This document shows, one piece after another, positions 1 through 9,031 of a DNA stretch of 64,000 nt. Position numbers and translations under genes: made by a program. The stretch's first letter is position 1, and each line of letters opens with the position of its first letter. The stretch is taken from the NCBI GenBank assembly GCA_965223505.1, contig CBDCWP010000039.1, positions 256,001 through 320,000 on the forward strand. The letters run 5' to 3'. The stretch comes from Planctomycetota bacterium (GTDB taxonomy: Bacteria; Planctomycetota; PLA2; JAEUHO01). Below the pieces are notes generated by a model that saw only the letters and a program-made list of their open reading frames with translations, was not told where the DNA came from and made no database searches.

Positions 1-1
1 C

Positions 2-196
2 GAAGGCCGGCTCACCGAGGCGCGCACGATCTTCCTAAACCTCAGCCAGCCGATTCCCCTGATCGACGACGAGAACGAAGGGGACGAAGAGGACGACGAA
101 CCGCCGCCTTCGATGATTCCGGCGCCGCTGCGAATCGCCGGCATGATCTTCGTCGCATTGCTCGTGCTCGGCACCCTGTGGATCTTGCTGGGCTGA
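2..196 (+). CDS. 3' end of a membrane-anchored hypothetical protein (partial)
   Basis: Open frame from window edge to TGA 194-196; acidic stretch followed by C-terminal hydrophobic helix (MIFVALLVLGTLWILLG). Confidence 0.6.
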   Translation, partial: EGRLTEARTIFLNLSQPIPLIDDENEGDEEDDEPPPSMIPAPLRIAGMIFVALLVLGTLWILLG

Positions 197-215
197 CGAG
201 CGGGCGCGGGCGGCG

Positions 216-581
216 TCAGCCGTTCAAGGCTGCGACGAGCTTCTTCACCGAGAGCAGGCCGTACTCGAAGACGAACTCCTGATCGTTCGTGAGCCGGACG
301 ACGGCGCGCTTCATCAACCCCTTCCGCGCCGCTTCCGCCTGCTTGATCAACGAACGGGGAATCACGATCTCCGCGTCCGAGCCCTCCTCGCGCAACGCCA
401 CTAGATTCCCACCGGTGCCGACGAACGAGCCCGCCGCCAGCCCGATGTTCTTCGCGATCGTCTTGAAGCTCGAGTCGTACAACGCGCGGAAGACGACGTC
501 TTCCGCGCCGACGGTGAGCGTGCCCGTAAGGCGACCGCCCTCCGGGGGTAGGTAGTTGAGTGTCCACGACTTGCCTGCCAT
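216..581 (-). CDS. hypothetical protein
   Basis: ORF with GGAGG RBS before ATG 581 (MAGKSW...). Confidence 0.65.
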   Translation of the reverse strand: MAGKSWTLNYLPPEGGRLTGTLTVGAEDVVFRALYDSSFKTIAKNIGLAAGSFVGTGGNLVALREEGSDAEIVIPRSLIKQAEAARKGLMKRAVVRLTNDQEFVFEYGLLSVKKLVAALNG

Positions 582-675
582 AGCGCCTCCGTTGTCGATC
601 GTCGTCCCCACAGCGTAGCGGACCCCGAGCGATCGTGTCTCTCGAAGAAACGGCCGCGCGGTTCTGCGTCGCGCC

Positions 676-1629
676 CTACTCGACCCGGCTGAGCTTCCGC
701 TTGCTCCCCGATGTCAGGACGACCTTGCCGCCGTGCGCGACCGGAAAGGGGCAGTGGGGAAACGTGTCCGGCTCGAGATGCCAGAGGTAGCGCTCTTTCT
801 TCAGGTCGATTGCGATCACCCGCTTCTCGAACGAGACGATCAGGATGTCGCCGGTCTTCGCGAACACCGCCAGGTTCAGGGCGCCGCCGAACAGCCCCTC
901 GTCGAACGAAAGGCCCAGATCCTTCGAGAGATCACGGTGCCACACGAGCTTGCCCGTCGCGGGCTCGAAGCAGAAGAGATGCTCGTTCGCCTCGACATAG
1001 AGCTCGTCATCGATGACCTGGAAGATCATCCGCGCCAACGGCTTCTTGCGCCCGGTGACGATGTCGTTGAGATCGACCGCCCAAGCCTCTTCTTTCGCGC
1101 CGGCCTCGAGCGCGTGAATCACGCCCTCGTCGCTCATGTAGCTGAAGGCGTAGTACAAGAGGTTCTTCCAACAGGCCGCCCGATGCGGATACCCCTTCGT
1201 GTCGACCTTCCACACCACGTCGCCCGACTTGTCCTCGAACACGAAGGACTTGTCGTTGCCCGGGTTGAACACGCGCAGCCGCCAGCCGTTCGCGAGCTCG
1301 ATCTTCGGCAGCGGCCAGAACACCCCCGAGCGCGCCTTCGCCTTGGAGGCATCCGCTTGAAAAGCGTCCGTCTTCTTGCCGGTCGCGGGGTCGAGATGGA
1401 CGGGCTTCGTTCGATTCGCGCCGTCGTAATGGGGGAACATGACGACGCCGCGATCGTGCCACTCGAAATGCGCGTCGCTCAGCTTCGCCGGTGTGTGCGT
1501 CCACAGCAGCTTGCCGGTGCGCGCGTCCAGACAGATGACCTCGTTGTCGGTCTTCGCCTCCCAAGAGTCGGCCCAGGCGGGTAGGACCAGCAGCAAGATC
1601 AGCAGCGAAGCGTGTACGGCGCGACCCAT
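676..1629 (-). CDS. secreted PQQ-like/BamB-like beta-propeller protein
   Basis: Signal peptide (AWA|D); repeated LDxxTGKxxW propeller motifs. Confidence 0.8.
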   Translation of the reverse strand: MGRAVHASLLILLLVLPAWADSWEAKTDNEVICLDARTGKLLWTHTPAKLSDAHFEWHDRGVVMFPHYDGANRTKPVHLDPATGKKTDAFQADASKAKARSGVFWPLPKIELANGWRLRVFNPGNDKSFVFEDKSGDVVWKVDTKGYPHRAACWKNLLYYAFSYMSDEGVIHALEAGAKEEAWAVDLNDIVTGRKKPLARMIFQVIDDELYVEANEHLFCFEPATGKLVWHRDLSKDLGLSFDEGLFGGALNLAVFAKTGDILIVSFEKRVIAIDLKKERYLWHLEPDTFPHCPFPVAHGGKVVLTSGSKRKLSRVE

Positions 1630-1701
1630 GGCTCAAAGGCTAGACGGATTCCGGGCCGCCGTTCGTGCGCGGGCGACCGAACCGGTACTCACGCCCCGGG
1701 G

Positions 1702-2130
1702 CTAGACGTCGGCCCAGGTCGTGCGCGCGACCGCGGCGCAGGCGCCGATACTCAGGAATACCGGGATGAGCGCGACGTAGAAGGAGCGATCGAGTGGAAC
1801 GAGAAGCACCGAGATGACGGCACCCAGCGCGACCGCCAGCACGGACGCGGCGCCGGCCATGACGGAGGGAATCCACCCGGCGAAGTTCACCGCGTCGTTC
1901 AAGCCGCGTCCGAAGACCAAGCCGACCGTCACTCCCGAGGCCAGGCTGAAACATGCGATCATGATCATGAATGCGGAGAACTCGTCGGCGACGGCGCCCA
2001 GGTTGGCCCAAAGGCTGAGTATCAGCATGAGCGCTGCCGCCAGCAGGACGCCCCAGGGCGCCCGCCTGGTGAGGAACCGGCGCACGTCGTGAACGCCCTC
2101 GGTGAGCGTCCATGGCTCGTGTTCGTTCAC
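1702..2130 (-). CDS. integral membrane hypothetical protein
   Basis: About four hydrophobic segments; GTG start at 2130 inferred. Confidence 0.6.
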   Translation of the reverse strand: MNEHEPWTLTEGVHDVRRFLTRRAPWGVLLAAALMLILSLWANLGAVADEFSAFMIMIACFSLASGVTVGLVFGRGLNDAVNFAGWIPSVMAGAASVLAVALGAVISVLLVPLDRSFYVALIPVFLSIGACAAVARTTWADV

Positions 2131-2215
2131 GGCGCGATGATACAGGGCCAGGCGCCGGTTCACGGGCCGACCGAAGCGCATCCGTTCGAGGACGCCGGGG
2201 TATCTTCGGCCCCTC

Positions 2216-2644
2216 ATGGATGAGACGCTCACACGCGCGCGGGAGATTCTCGACCGGCGCACCGCCATTGCGATGCTGGCGACGACCGCGCCGAACGGTC
2301 AGCCGGACGTGTGCCTGCTCATCGCGCCGCGCCTCACCGACGACGACAAGCTCGCCGGCGGCGAAGAGGAGTCCGTCTGCGGGCAGGCCTTCAAGAACCT
2401 GCGGCGCAGCCCGCGCGCGACGGTGCTCGTGCTCGATCCGATCATGGACCCGCGCGCGCGTGACGGCGTGCGTCTGGAGGTCGAGTTCCTCGGCGCTGAA
2501 GAAGACGGCGAAGAGCTCGGTCACCTCAGCCAGTGGCTCGAGAGCTTCGCGCCAGGACGACGCGTCGTTCGCCGGCTGATCTTCAAGCTGCTCAACGTGA
2601 GCCCGTACCGGCCGCCCGAGAAGGGGCCCGTGCTCCTGCGGTAG
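2216..2644 (+). CDS. pyridoxamine 5'-phosphate oxidase-like FMN-binding protein
   Basis: LATTAPNGQPDV and FKNLRRSPRATVLV motifs of the split-barrel family. Confidence 0.7.
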   Translation: MDETLTRAREILDRRTAIAMLATTAPNGQPDVCLLIAPRLTDDDKLAGGEEESVCGQAFKNLRRSPRATVLVLDPIMDPRARDGVRLEVEFLGAEEDGEELGHLSQWLESFAPGRRVVRRLIFKLLNVSPYRPPEKGPVLLR

Positions 2645-3622
2645 CTACGGCGTCGGCTGCGAGACCGGCCGCTGCTCCATCTTCAGCCGCATTCGGACTT
2701 CCGTGCCCGACTCGTTCCAGCTCACGTCGTCCATGTAGTGCTGCATCAGCGTGATGCCGCGGCCGTGGAGCGCCGTGGTGTCCGCGAGCGGCTGCACGCG
2801 CGCCTTTTGGTGGTCGAAGCCCCGGCCTTCGTCGCGAACGCGAAACTCCACGCTCCCGTGACCGTATTCGACGGACACGTGAATCTCGCGCTTCGCGAGC
2901 TCCTCGTCCTGCATGCGCTGCTGGATCAACGCGCCGACGCCACCGGGCTCCGCCATCGCCTTCGTCTTCTCGTCGAAGCTGATTCCGAGATTGCCGTGCT
3001 CGAGCGCGTTCGCGAGCGCTTCGTACAACGCGAGCTTGATCTCGGTGACGGGGATCTCGTAGGTCGGGTAGTTGTTCTGAAGCTCGCGGCCGAGGTAGGC
3101 GACGATCTTCGAGAGCATGGCCTGGTCGTTCGGGATGCTCAGCTCCGTCACGCGTCGCTCGACCGAGGCGAGCATCTCGACGACGTCGGCGTCTTCCTCG
3201 ATCGCGCGATAGACGCGGTCGAGGACGAACTCGATCTCGTCGGGGATCAGCGGCTTCTGGAGGAAGTTGACGGCGCCCAGCTCGAGCGCCTCTTCGACCA
3301 TCTCCTTGTCGTTCGCCGCCGAGATGATCACGACCGACACGTGCGGGTCGAATTCGCGGATCTCCGAGAGGGCGGTGATCCCGTCCATCTTCGGCATCTG
3401 GATGTCGAGCAGGATCAGATCAGGGCGCCGCGCCCGCGTGATCTCCAGCGCGGCTTCGCCGTCCGCCGCCTCGAGCACGTCGAACTGATGGCGTTCCGCG
3501 AGGGCGACGAGGATCGCTCGAATGTCCGGCGCGTCGTCGACGATGAGAGCGAGCGGGGTGCGACGTGACTCGATGGCTCTACTCCTTCGCACCCATGATG
3601 TCGATCTCCGGTCGGCATTCAA
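2645..3622 (-). CDS. response regulator receiver fused to RsbW-like HATPase_c domain
   Basis: IVDD, LLDIQMPKMDG, KP receiver motifs; C-terminal EALANALEHGN, RDEGRGF, GRGITLM; start uncertain. Confidence 0.85.
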   Translation of the reverse strand: MNADRRSTSWVRRSRAIESRRTPLALIVDDAPDIRAILVALAERHQFDVLEAADGEAALEITRARRPDLILLDIQMPKMDGITALSEIREFDPHVSVVIISAANDKEMVEEALELGAVNFLQKPLIPDEIEFVLDRVYRAIEEDADVVEMLASVERRVTELSIPNDQAMLSKIVAYLGRELQNNYPTYEIPVTEIKLALYEALANALEHGNLGISFDEKTKAMAEPGGVGALIQQRMQDEELAKREIHVSVEYGHGSVEFRVRDEGRGFDHQKARVQPLADTTALHGRGITLMQHYMDDVSWNESGTEVRMRLKMEQRPVSQPTP

Positions 3623-3786
3623 CCCGGCCGTTCGCCACTCTCCAAGGCTCCCGTTTCGGGGAAGCCTGGCGCCGCCCCGGCCGGTTCCCTATTCTCCCTC
3701 AGCCTCTCAGAATCCAGGGTGCGGGTCGACCCCCCGCCGCGTTCTTGAGAGGGGCGGACCCGAACCAACTGCCGCGCGGAGGACGC

Positions 3787-6588
3787 TTGAGCACCGACGA
3801 CCGAGTCGCCTGCCCGAGCTGCGGGACGCGCTTTCGCGTCGCATCCGCCGACGTCCCCGAAGGCGGCAAGGGCCTCAAGGCCCGCTGTCGGCAGTGCAAG
3901 AACGAGTTTCGGGTGACGAACGTCGGCGGCGCGCTGTCCGTTCGGTCCGAGGCCGCAGCGGCGCCCGCCGAAGCGCCCCCGGAGCCGGCGAAGAAGAAGG
4001 CGGCGTCCCGCAAGCGGGCCGCGCGCAAGCGCAAGCGTGTCGCCACCGCGCCGCCGGCCGAGAACGACAAGCCGGCGATCGACCCGCGCGTCGGGATGTC
4101 GACGGAGGGATTCGACACCGGCGACCGAGCCGGCCGCTACGAGATCGAAGGCGTGCTCGGCCGCGGCGGCATGGGCACCGTCTATCAGGCCTACGATCCC
4201 GCCGCCAACCGGCACGTCGCGTTGAAGATCCTGTCGACCAACACCCATGAGCTCGACGCCCTTCGGTTCCAGCGCGAGGTCGAGGTCCAGGGCAACATCC
4301 AGCACGCCCACATCATGCCGATCTTCGACTCGGGCATGGTGGGCGACCGGCGCTTCTACACGATGGAGCTTCTGAAGGACCCGCTGGACCTGCGCGCGAT
4401 CACGTCGATGGCGCGCACAGGCGAGCTTCAGAAGGACCCGCGTTTGCGTTCGTTGGCGCGCATCGAGGGCATGATCGAGCGCATCATGCTCCCGATCTGC
4501 GAGGCCGTGTATCACGCGAACGTGAACGAGGGCGTCCTGCACCGCGACATCAAGCCCGCCAACGTGCTGCTGGACCGCAAGGGCCTGCGCCCCTGGCTCA
4601 TCGACTTCGGCGTCTCGACGATCCTCGACAAGAGCAATGCGCGGCTCGCTCACCTCGACCGCGAGAATCCGATTCCGCTGAGCGGCACGGGGATCCGCGT
4701 GACGGGCACGCTGGCGTTCATGCCGTCGGAGCAGGCGCGGGGCGAGGCGAGCCGGCGCGGCGACGTCTGGGCGCTTGGCGCCTTGCTGCACTACCTGGTC
4801 ACCGGTGAGCCGCCGCTCGAGCCCGCGGTGCGACCGCAGGTTCCTCGAGCGGAGCGCATTCGTGGTCTGAAGATGCTGATCGAGATGGCGCGGCGGGACG
4901 GCCGCGACGACGAGATCGCCGAATTCGAGCGCAAGCTGGACGAGATCGAGTCGGGGAGCGAGCGCACGGTCGAGGACCTTCAGCGCGACGTCTCGCTCGG
5001 CCGGTATCAGCAGCGCCCGCAGGGACTGAGCCGCGGGTTGGATGCCATCATCGAGAAGGCGATGTCGGTGGACACCGCCCGCCGCTATCGACATGCCTTG
5101 GAGCTCAAGGGCGATCTCATTGCGTGGCTCCAAGGCCGGCCGGTGCGCGCCCTGGTCAAGTCGTCCGGCGCGGCCGGGAGCGCTTGGTACCGGACGCGCC
5201 TCTACCTACGACGCCATCGCACCGGACTCCTCGCGCTCGGCGCCATCGCCTTGGCCGTGTTGGCGGTGGTCTTCTGGCCGTCGTCCGACGGCCGCGACAT
5301 CGAAGCGGAGGTCGCGAAGCAGCTCGACGCCGCCTACGCCCACGAAGCCGCGGGTCGAATCGTCGATGCGCGCAACGCGGGCAAGGAAGCGCTGGTCCTC
5401 GATCCACGCAACGAAGACGTGTTCGCGCTGCTCCAGCGCCTCGACCGCGCGACCCGGCTCTTGATCGACTTCGAGCGCGCACGCGCGTTGCGCAAGGAAG
5501 CCGCGACGGCGTTCGCCGCGAACGAGACGGACACCGCGCTTGGCAAGCTGGCGGCGCTCGACGAAGTCCTGCGGGAACGGATTCTTCCGGTGCTGCCGGG
5601 GACCGCGCCAAAGGAGCGCCACGCCGAAGCCGAAGCGCTGCTGGCCTTCGCGAGAGCCGAGCAGCCGCTCGTCGTCACGAACGCGCCGCCGAACGCCGCA
5701 TACTTCCTGATTCCGGTTCTCGGAAGCGTCGGACCGACGCGCTGGGACGAGGCGCGCGAGCTCACGACCACGGACGGACAGCTCGTCGACGCCCGTGTTC
5801 GGTTCGGCAAGTGGATCCTGCGCATCCAAGCCGGCGAGGGCGAGGTGCTCGTTCCGTTCGAAGCCGACCCCGGCGCGCAGGGCGTGACGCTCGCGTGCCC
5901 GTTCGATCCGTCCAAGCTCGACGGCGGCACTCGCTACGTCGGCGCGGGGCGCCCGCGCTGTCCGCTCGGCGTGGTTCCGGTGACGGCCCTGCTCTGGGAC
6001 CGCACCGAGGTGACCGTGGAGCGCTACGCGCGGTTCCTGGACACGCTCGCGCCGGAGGAACGTCGCCGCCGCGTACCGCGCGTCGCCGGTGTGCTCGGCG
6101 CGCCCGAGCGCGTGCTCTGGGAACGTGACGGGGATCGCTTCAAGCCGCCGGCGGGGGCGTTGCGACTGCCGGTGGACGGCATCTCGCTCTACGACGCGCG
6201 GGCCTTCGCGCGCTGGGAGAAGAAGCGTTTGCCGACCGCGGCGGAGTGGAGCTGGGCGGCGACCGGTCCCGATGGACGCCTGTGCGCCGTCGGTCCCATC
6301 GAAGACCTCTGGAACGATACGGCGCACGTGGGCCGGCCGAGCGACGGCGTCGGCAGCATCGGCGTCATGTCGGCCGACCAAAGCCCGTTCGGTCTGCTCG
6401 ACATGGCCGGCAACGTCGCCGAGCTCACGTCCACCCTGACGACGCTCGACGGCGTGAACGGTTGGATCGTGATGGGGGGCTCGTACCTCGAAGGCCCAGC
6501 GCGCGCGATCGTGACCAACGGCCGCACCGTGCCCGGATGGCTGCCGCTGCAGGGCGTCGGGTTTCGCTGCGTGCGCGACGCCGAATGA
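3787..6588 (+). CDS. Ser/Thr protein kinase with N-terminal zinc ribbon, TM helix and C-terminal FGE-sulfatase (SUMF1) domain
   Basis: CPSC...CRQC; GRGGMG, VALK, HRDIKPAN, DFG; TEVT, RLPTAAEW, SPFGLLDMAGNVAE, GFRC; TTG start inferred. Confidence 0.9.
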   Translation: MSTDDRVACPSCGTRFRVASADVPEGGKGLKARCRQCKNEFRVTNVGGALSVRSEAAAAPAEAPPEPAKKKAASRKRAARKRKRVATAPPAENDKPAIDPRVGMSTEGFDTGDRAGRYEIEGVLGRGGMGTVYQAYDPAANRHVALKILSTNTHELDALRFQREVEVQGNIQHAHIMPIFDSGMVGDRRFYTMELLKDPLDLRAITSMARTGELQKDPRLRSLARIEGMIERIMLPICEAVYHANVNEGVLHRDIKPANVLLDRKGLRPWLIDFGVSTILDKSNARLAHLDRENPIPLSGTGIRVTGTLAFMPSEQARGEASRRGDVWALGALLHYLVTGEPPLEPAVRPQVPRAERIRGLKMLIEMARRDGRDDEIAEFERKLDEIESGSERTVEDLQRDVSLGRYQQRPQGLSRGLDAIIEKAMSVDTARRYRHALELKGDLIAWLQGRPVRALVKSSGAAGSAWYRTRLYLRRHRTGLLALGAIALAVLAVVFWPSSDGRDIEAEVAKQLDAAYAHEAAGRIVDARNAGKEALVLDPRNEDVFALLQRLDRATRLLIDFERARALRKEAATAFAANETDTALGKLAALDEVLRERILPVLPGTAPKERHAEAEALLAFARAEQPLVVTNAPPNAAYFLIPVLGSVGPTRWDEARELTTTDGQLVDARVRFGKWILRIQAGEGEVLVPFEADPGAQGVTLACPFDPSKLDGGTRYVGAGRPRCPLGVVPVTALLWDRTEVTVERYARFLDTLAPEERRRRVPRVAGVLGAPERVLWERDGDRFKPPAGALRLPVDGISLYDARAFARWEKKRLPTAAEWSWAATGPDGRLCAVGPIEDLWNDTAHVGRPSDGVGSIGVMSADQSPFGLLDMAGNVAELTSTLTTLDGVNGWIVMGGSYLEGPARAIVTNGRTVPGWLPLQGVGFRCVRDAE

Positions 6589-6591
6589 GGT

Positions 6592-6621
6592 GGAAGGGCG
6601 GCGCTCGCGCACCGCCCTTCC
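6592..6621. terminator. hairpin between convergent genes
   Basis: GGAAGGGCGG...CCGCCCTTCC stem. Confidence 0.6.
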
Positions 6622-6651
6622 GTGTTCGAGGTTCGTCAGCCTGTCTACGCC

Positions 6652-8718
6652 TCAGATGATCGTCAACACCTCGGCCATCAGGTCGCAGTGTGCGCGGTAG
6701 TTGACGTTCTTGCTGATGCGGGCGAGCGACGGGATCGACTCGAGGTCCCCGATGACGCCCAGACCCGCGCAAGCCAGCGCGCGTGTCAGTCCCTGCTCCT
6801 TGGGGTTGCGCAGGAGCATCTCCATCGGCTCGACGGCGCGCTCGTCGCCGATCTTCGCGAGCGCCAGAACGACCTGGCCCTTCACGCTCTGGCTACGCGC
6901 GTTCTGCAGCTCCTCGAGCAGGAGATTGACGGCTTCGCTGTCGCGCAGAAGCCCCAGCGCCGTCGCGCACTGCACGCGCATCTCCTCGGAGCGGCGTTCC
7001 TTCATGGCCTTGCGGATCGCGACGAGCGAGTCCTTGCGCGCGTAGCCGATCAGGCCGAGGCCGAGCGCCGCGTAGCCGCGCAGCTGGTGGTCGCCGTTCC
7101 GGTCGGCCACGATCTCGGTCAGCGCCTTGACGCTGCGCTTGTCGCGGCCGATGCCGAGCGCGGTCGCGAACGCCGCGCGCCGGCGGGTGTCGAGCTTTTT
7201 GCTCGTCAGCCCGGAGCGCAACGCGTCCAGGTACTGCTGGCGCAGCTCGCCGTACGCGATGATGTCGGCCTCTTCGCCGATCTCCCGAACGATGAGGGCG
7301 GTCGCCATCGCACCGTAGGGGCGTTCGGCGTACTTGCCGTCCTCGCACATCTCGAGCAGATACGTCTCCGCCTGCGTGCCGTCGATGACGTCGGTCTTGT
7401 TGGCCTTCACGTCTTCGTTGATGCAGTACGCCAGGCTGATCATGGCGAAGTTGCGCGCACCGATGTCCTTCACCCGCTTCTTCGAAGCCAGCAGGCTCTC
7501 GGCGACCGCAACGCGGTCCGCGCCCGTCACCAGACGGCTCATGACGCCCAGGCCGATCGCGGCCGAGCGCTGGATGACCGGGCTCTTGCCGCGACCGCTC
7601 AGCAGCGCGCCGCGTAGCACCGGGATGTCGCTCGTGTTGCCGATGCGGCCGAGGGTCAGCGCGGCGTAGGAGCGCACGAGCTCGCTCGCGTCGAGCGTGT
7701 ACAGGCGCCCGCGCATCACGCAGTCGTGCAGGACCTTGCGTTGGTTCTCGTCGACGCTGTCGCCGCTCTGCATGCCGATCGCCATCAGCAACCCGATGGG
7801 GAGATCCTCCTGGCTGTAGCGCGACTTGAGCGCCTCGAACAGCTGGGCCGTGGTGGCCTTGGCGGCGCCGCGCGCGTCGCTCGCGTACGTTCCGGAGCCC
7901 GTGGGCTGATCGCCGAGGAGACCGATCGACAACGCGGCCATGCCGCGCGTGCGAGTCGGGTACTCGTCGTCGGCGAACACCTCGAACAGGAACGCGCGCA
8001 CGCGGTCGAGCTCGGACGCGCTCAGCTGCTCTGTCGGATCGGCGCGTCGCAAGAGACCGAGGCCCAGCGCCGCGCTCTCCATCACGATGTTGTGGTGGTT
8101 CATCCGCAGATCCAGGCCCTTCTTGACGTGCTCGATGTGAACCGGGCCCCGCGCGACCTTGGCGAGCGCGATGTAGGCCGCCGACTCGACGTCGGCGTTC
8201 CCCGCGTTCTTCGGATCCATGGCCCACAGAAGCGCCGGGATGATGGTGGACTTCACCTTCGCGCGAATCTCGTGGGTGTTGTCCGGCCGGTTGCCCGCGC
8301 CGCGGTCACCCGCGTCTTGGAGGATGCTGCCCGTGTTGACGCCGAAGTAGATCGCGTCCTTCAGGAACTCGATGTCCGAGTTGTTGTGCGCGTACCAGAA
8401 GCTGAAGTCGTCGTACGTGAGCGCGCGGCTGGAGCGCGGGCGCCCGCCGACCGGTGCCCCGGTGATCGGCGGCGTACCGGCGGGGGTCGGCGTACTCGTG
8501 GGGTTCGGATTGCTGCCCCCCGTCGACGGCGTTCCGGGCGTGACGGGCGGCCCCGGCGAGACCGGAGGCGGCGGGGGCGGCGTGGGGTCGTGCGGCTCGC
8601 GCATTCGCGGCGGCACGCTGCCGCCGGGGCCGCGGAACTGGCCGCCATGGGCCCACGCGTCGGTTGCGATCAGGCTCAGCGCCAATAGGCCGAGCAACGT
8701 CACGGATAGCAGTCTCAT
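6652..8718 (-). CDS. secreted HEAT-repeat protein, paralog 1
   Basis: Signal peptide AWA|HGGQFRGPGG, Pro-rich linker, repeated RxxAAxALG helices; clearly similar to 9032-10834 and 18194-20311. Confidence 0.85.
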   Translation of the reverse strand: MRLLSVTLLGLLALSLIATDAWAHGGQFRGPGGSVPPRMREPHDPTPPPPPPVSPGPPVTPGTPSTGGSNPNPTSTPTPAGTPPITGAPVGGRPRSSRALTYDDFSFWYAHNNSDIEFLKDAIYFGVNTGSILQDAGDRGAGNRPDNTHEIRAKVKSTIIPALLWAMDPKNAGNADVESAAYIALAKVARGPVHIEHVKKGLDLRMNHHNIVMESAALGLGLLRRADPTEQLSASELDRVRAFLFEVFADDEYPTRTRGMAALSIGLLGDQPTGSGTYASDARGAAKATTAQLFEALKSRYSQEDLPIGLLMAIGMQSGDSVDENQRKVLHDCVMRGRLYTLDASELVRSYAALTLGRIGNTSDIPVLRGALLSGRGKSPVIQRSAAIGLGVMSRLVTGADRVAVAESLLASKKRVKDIGARNFAMISLAYCINEDVKANKTDVIDGTQAETYLLEMCEDGKYAERPYGAMATALIVREIGEEADIIAYGELRQQYLDALRSGLTSKKLDTRRRAAFATALGIGRDKRSVKALTEIVADRNGDHQLRGYAALGLGLIGYARKDSLVAIRKAMKERRSEEMRVQCATALGLLRDSEAVNLLLEELQNARSQSVKGQVVLALAKIGDERAVEPMEMLLRNPKEQGLTRALACAGLGVIGDLESIPSLARISKNVNYRAHCDLMAEVLTII

Positions 8719-8787
8719 CGTCTTCTTCTCCTCGTTTCGTAGCGCAAAGGCCGGACGTCGCCCACCGCGTCCGGCGACCTGCAAGTC

Positions 8788-8802
8788 GCACAGCCGGTGC
8801 CG
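8788..8802 (-). promoter_or_regulatory. sigma54-type -24/-12 promoter candidate
   Basis: cGGCACCGGCTGTGC (GG-N10-GC) upstream of HEAT paralog 1. Confidence 0.6.
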
Positions 8803-9031
8803 ATCGCCGGGCGGCCCTGACGAATGAGGACGTGCGCGACACGGTCGTGCGGTCTTCGTTTCCCGTAGGTTCCGCCGTTCCGACACACGTGTGTCGTGGT
8901 CGATGCGCTCGCCGTCGATCGACGGCGAGCTGCCTCGCCGAGAGCGCTACCCGTACGTAGCAATCGGGCGATCAGGGAACGTTCTCGCGGCCGGTGGGGG
9001 TGCTACGTCGCGGTAGCGTGTCCGCCTGGCG

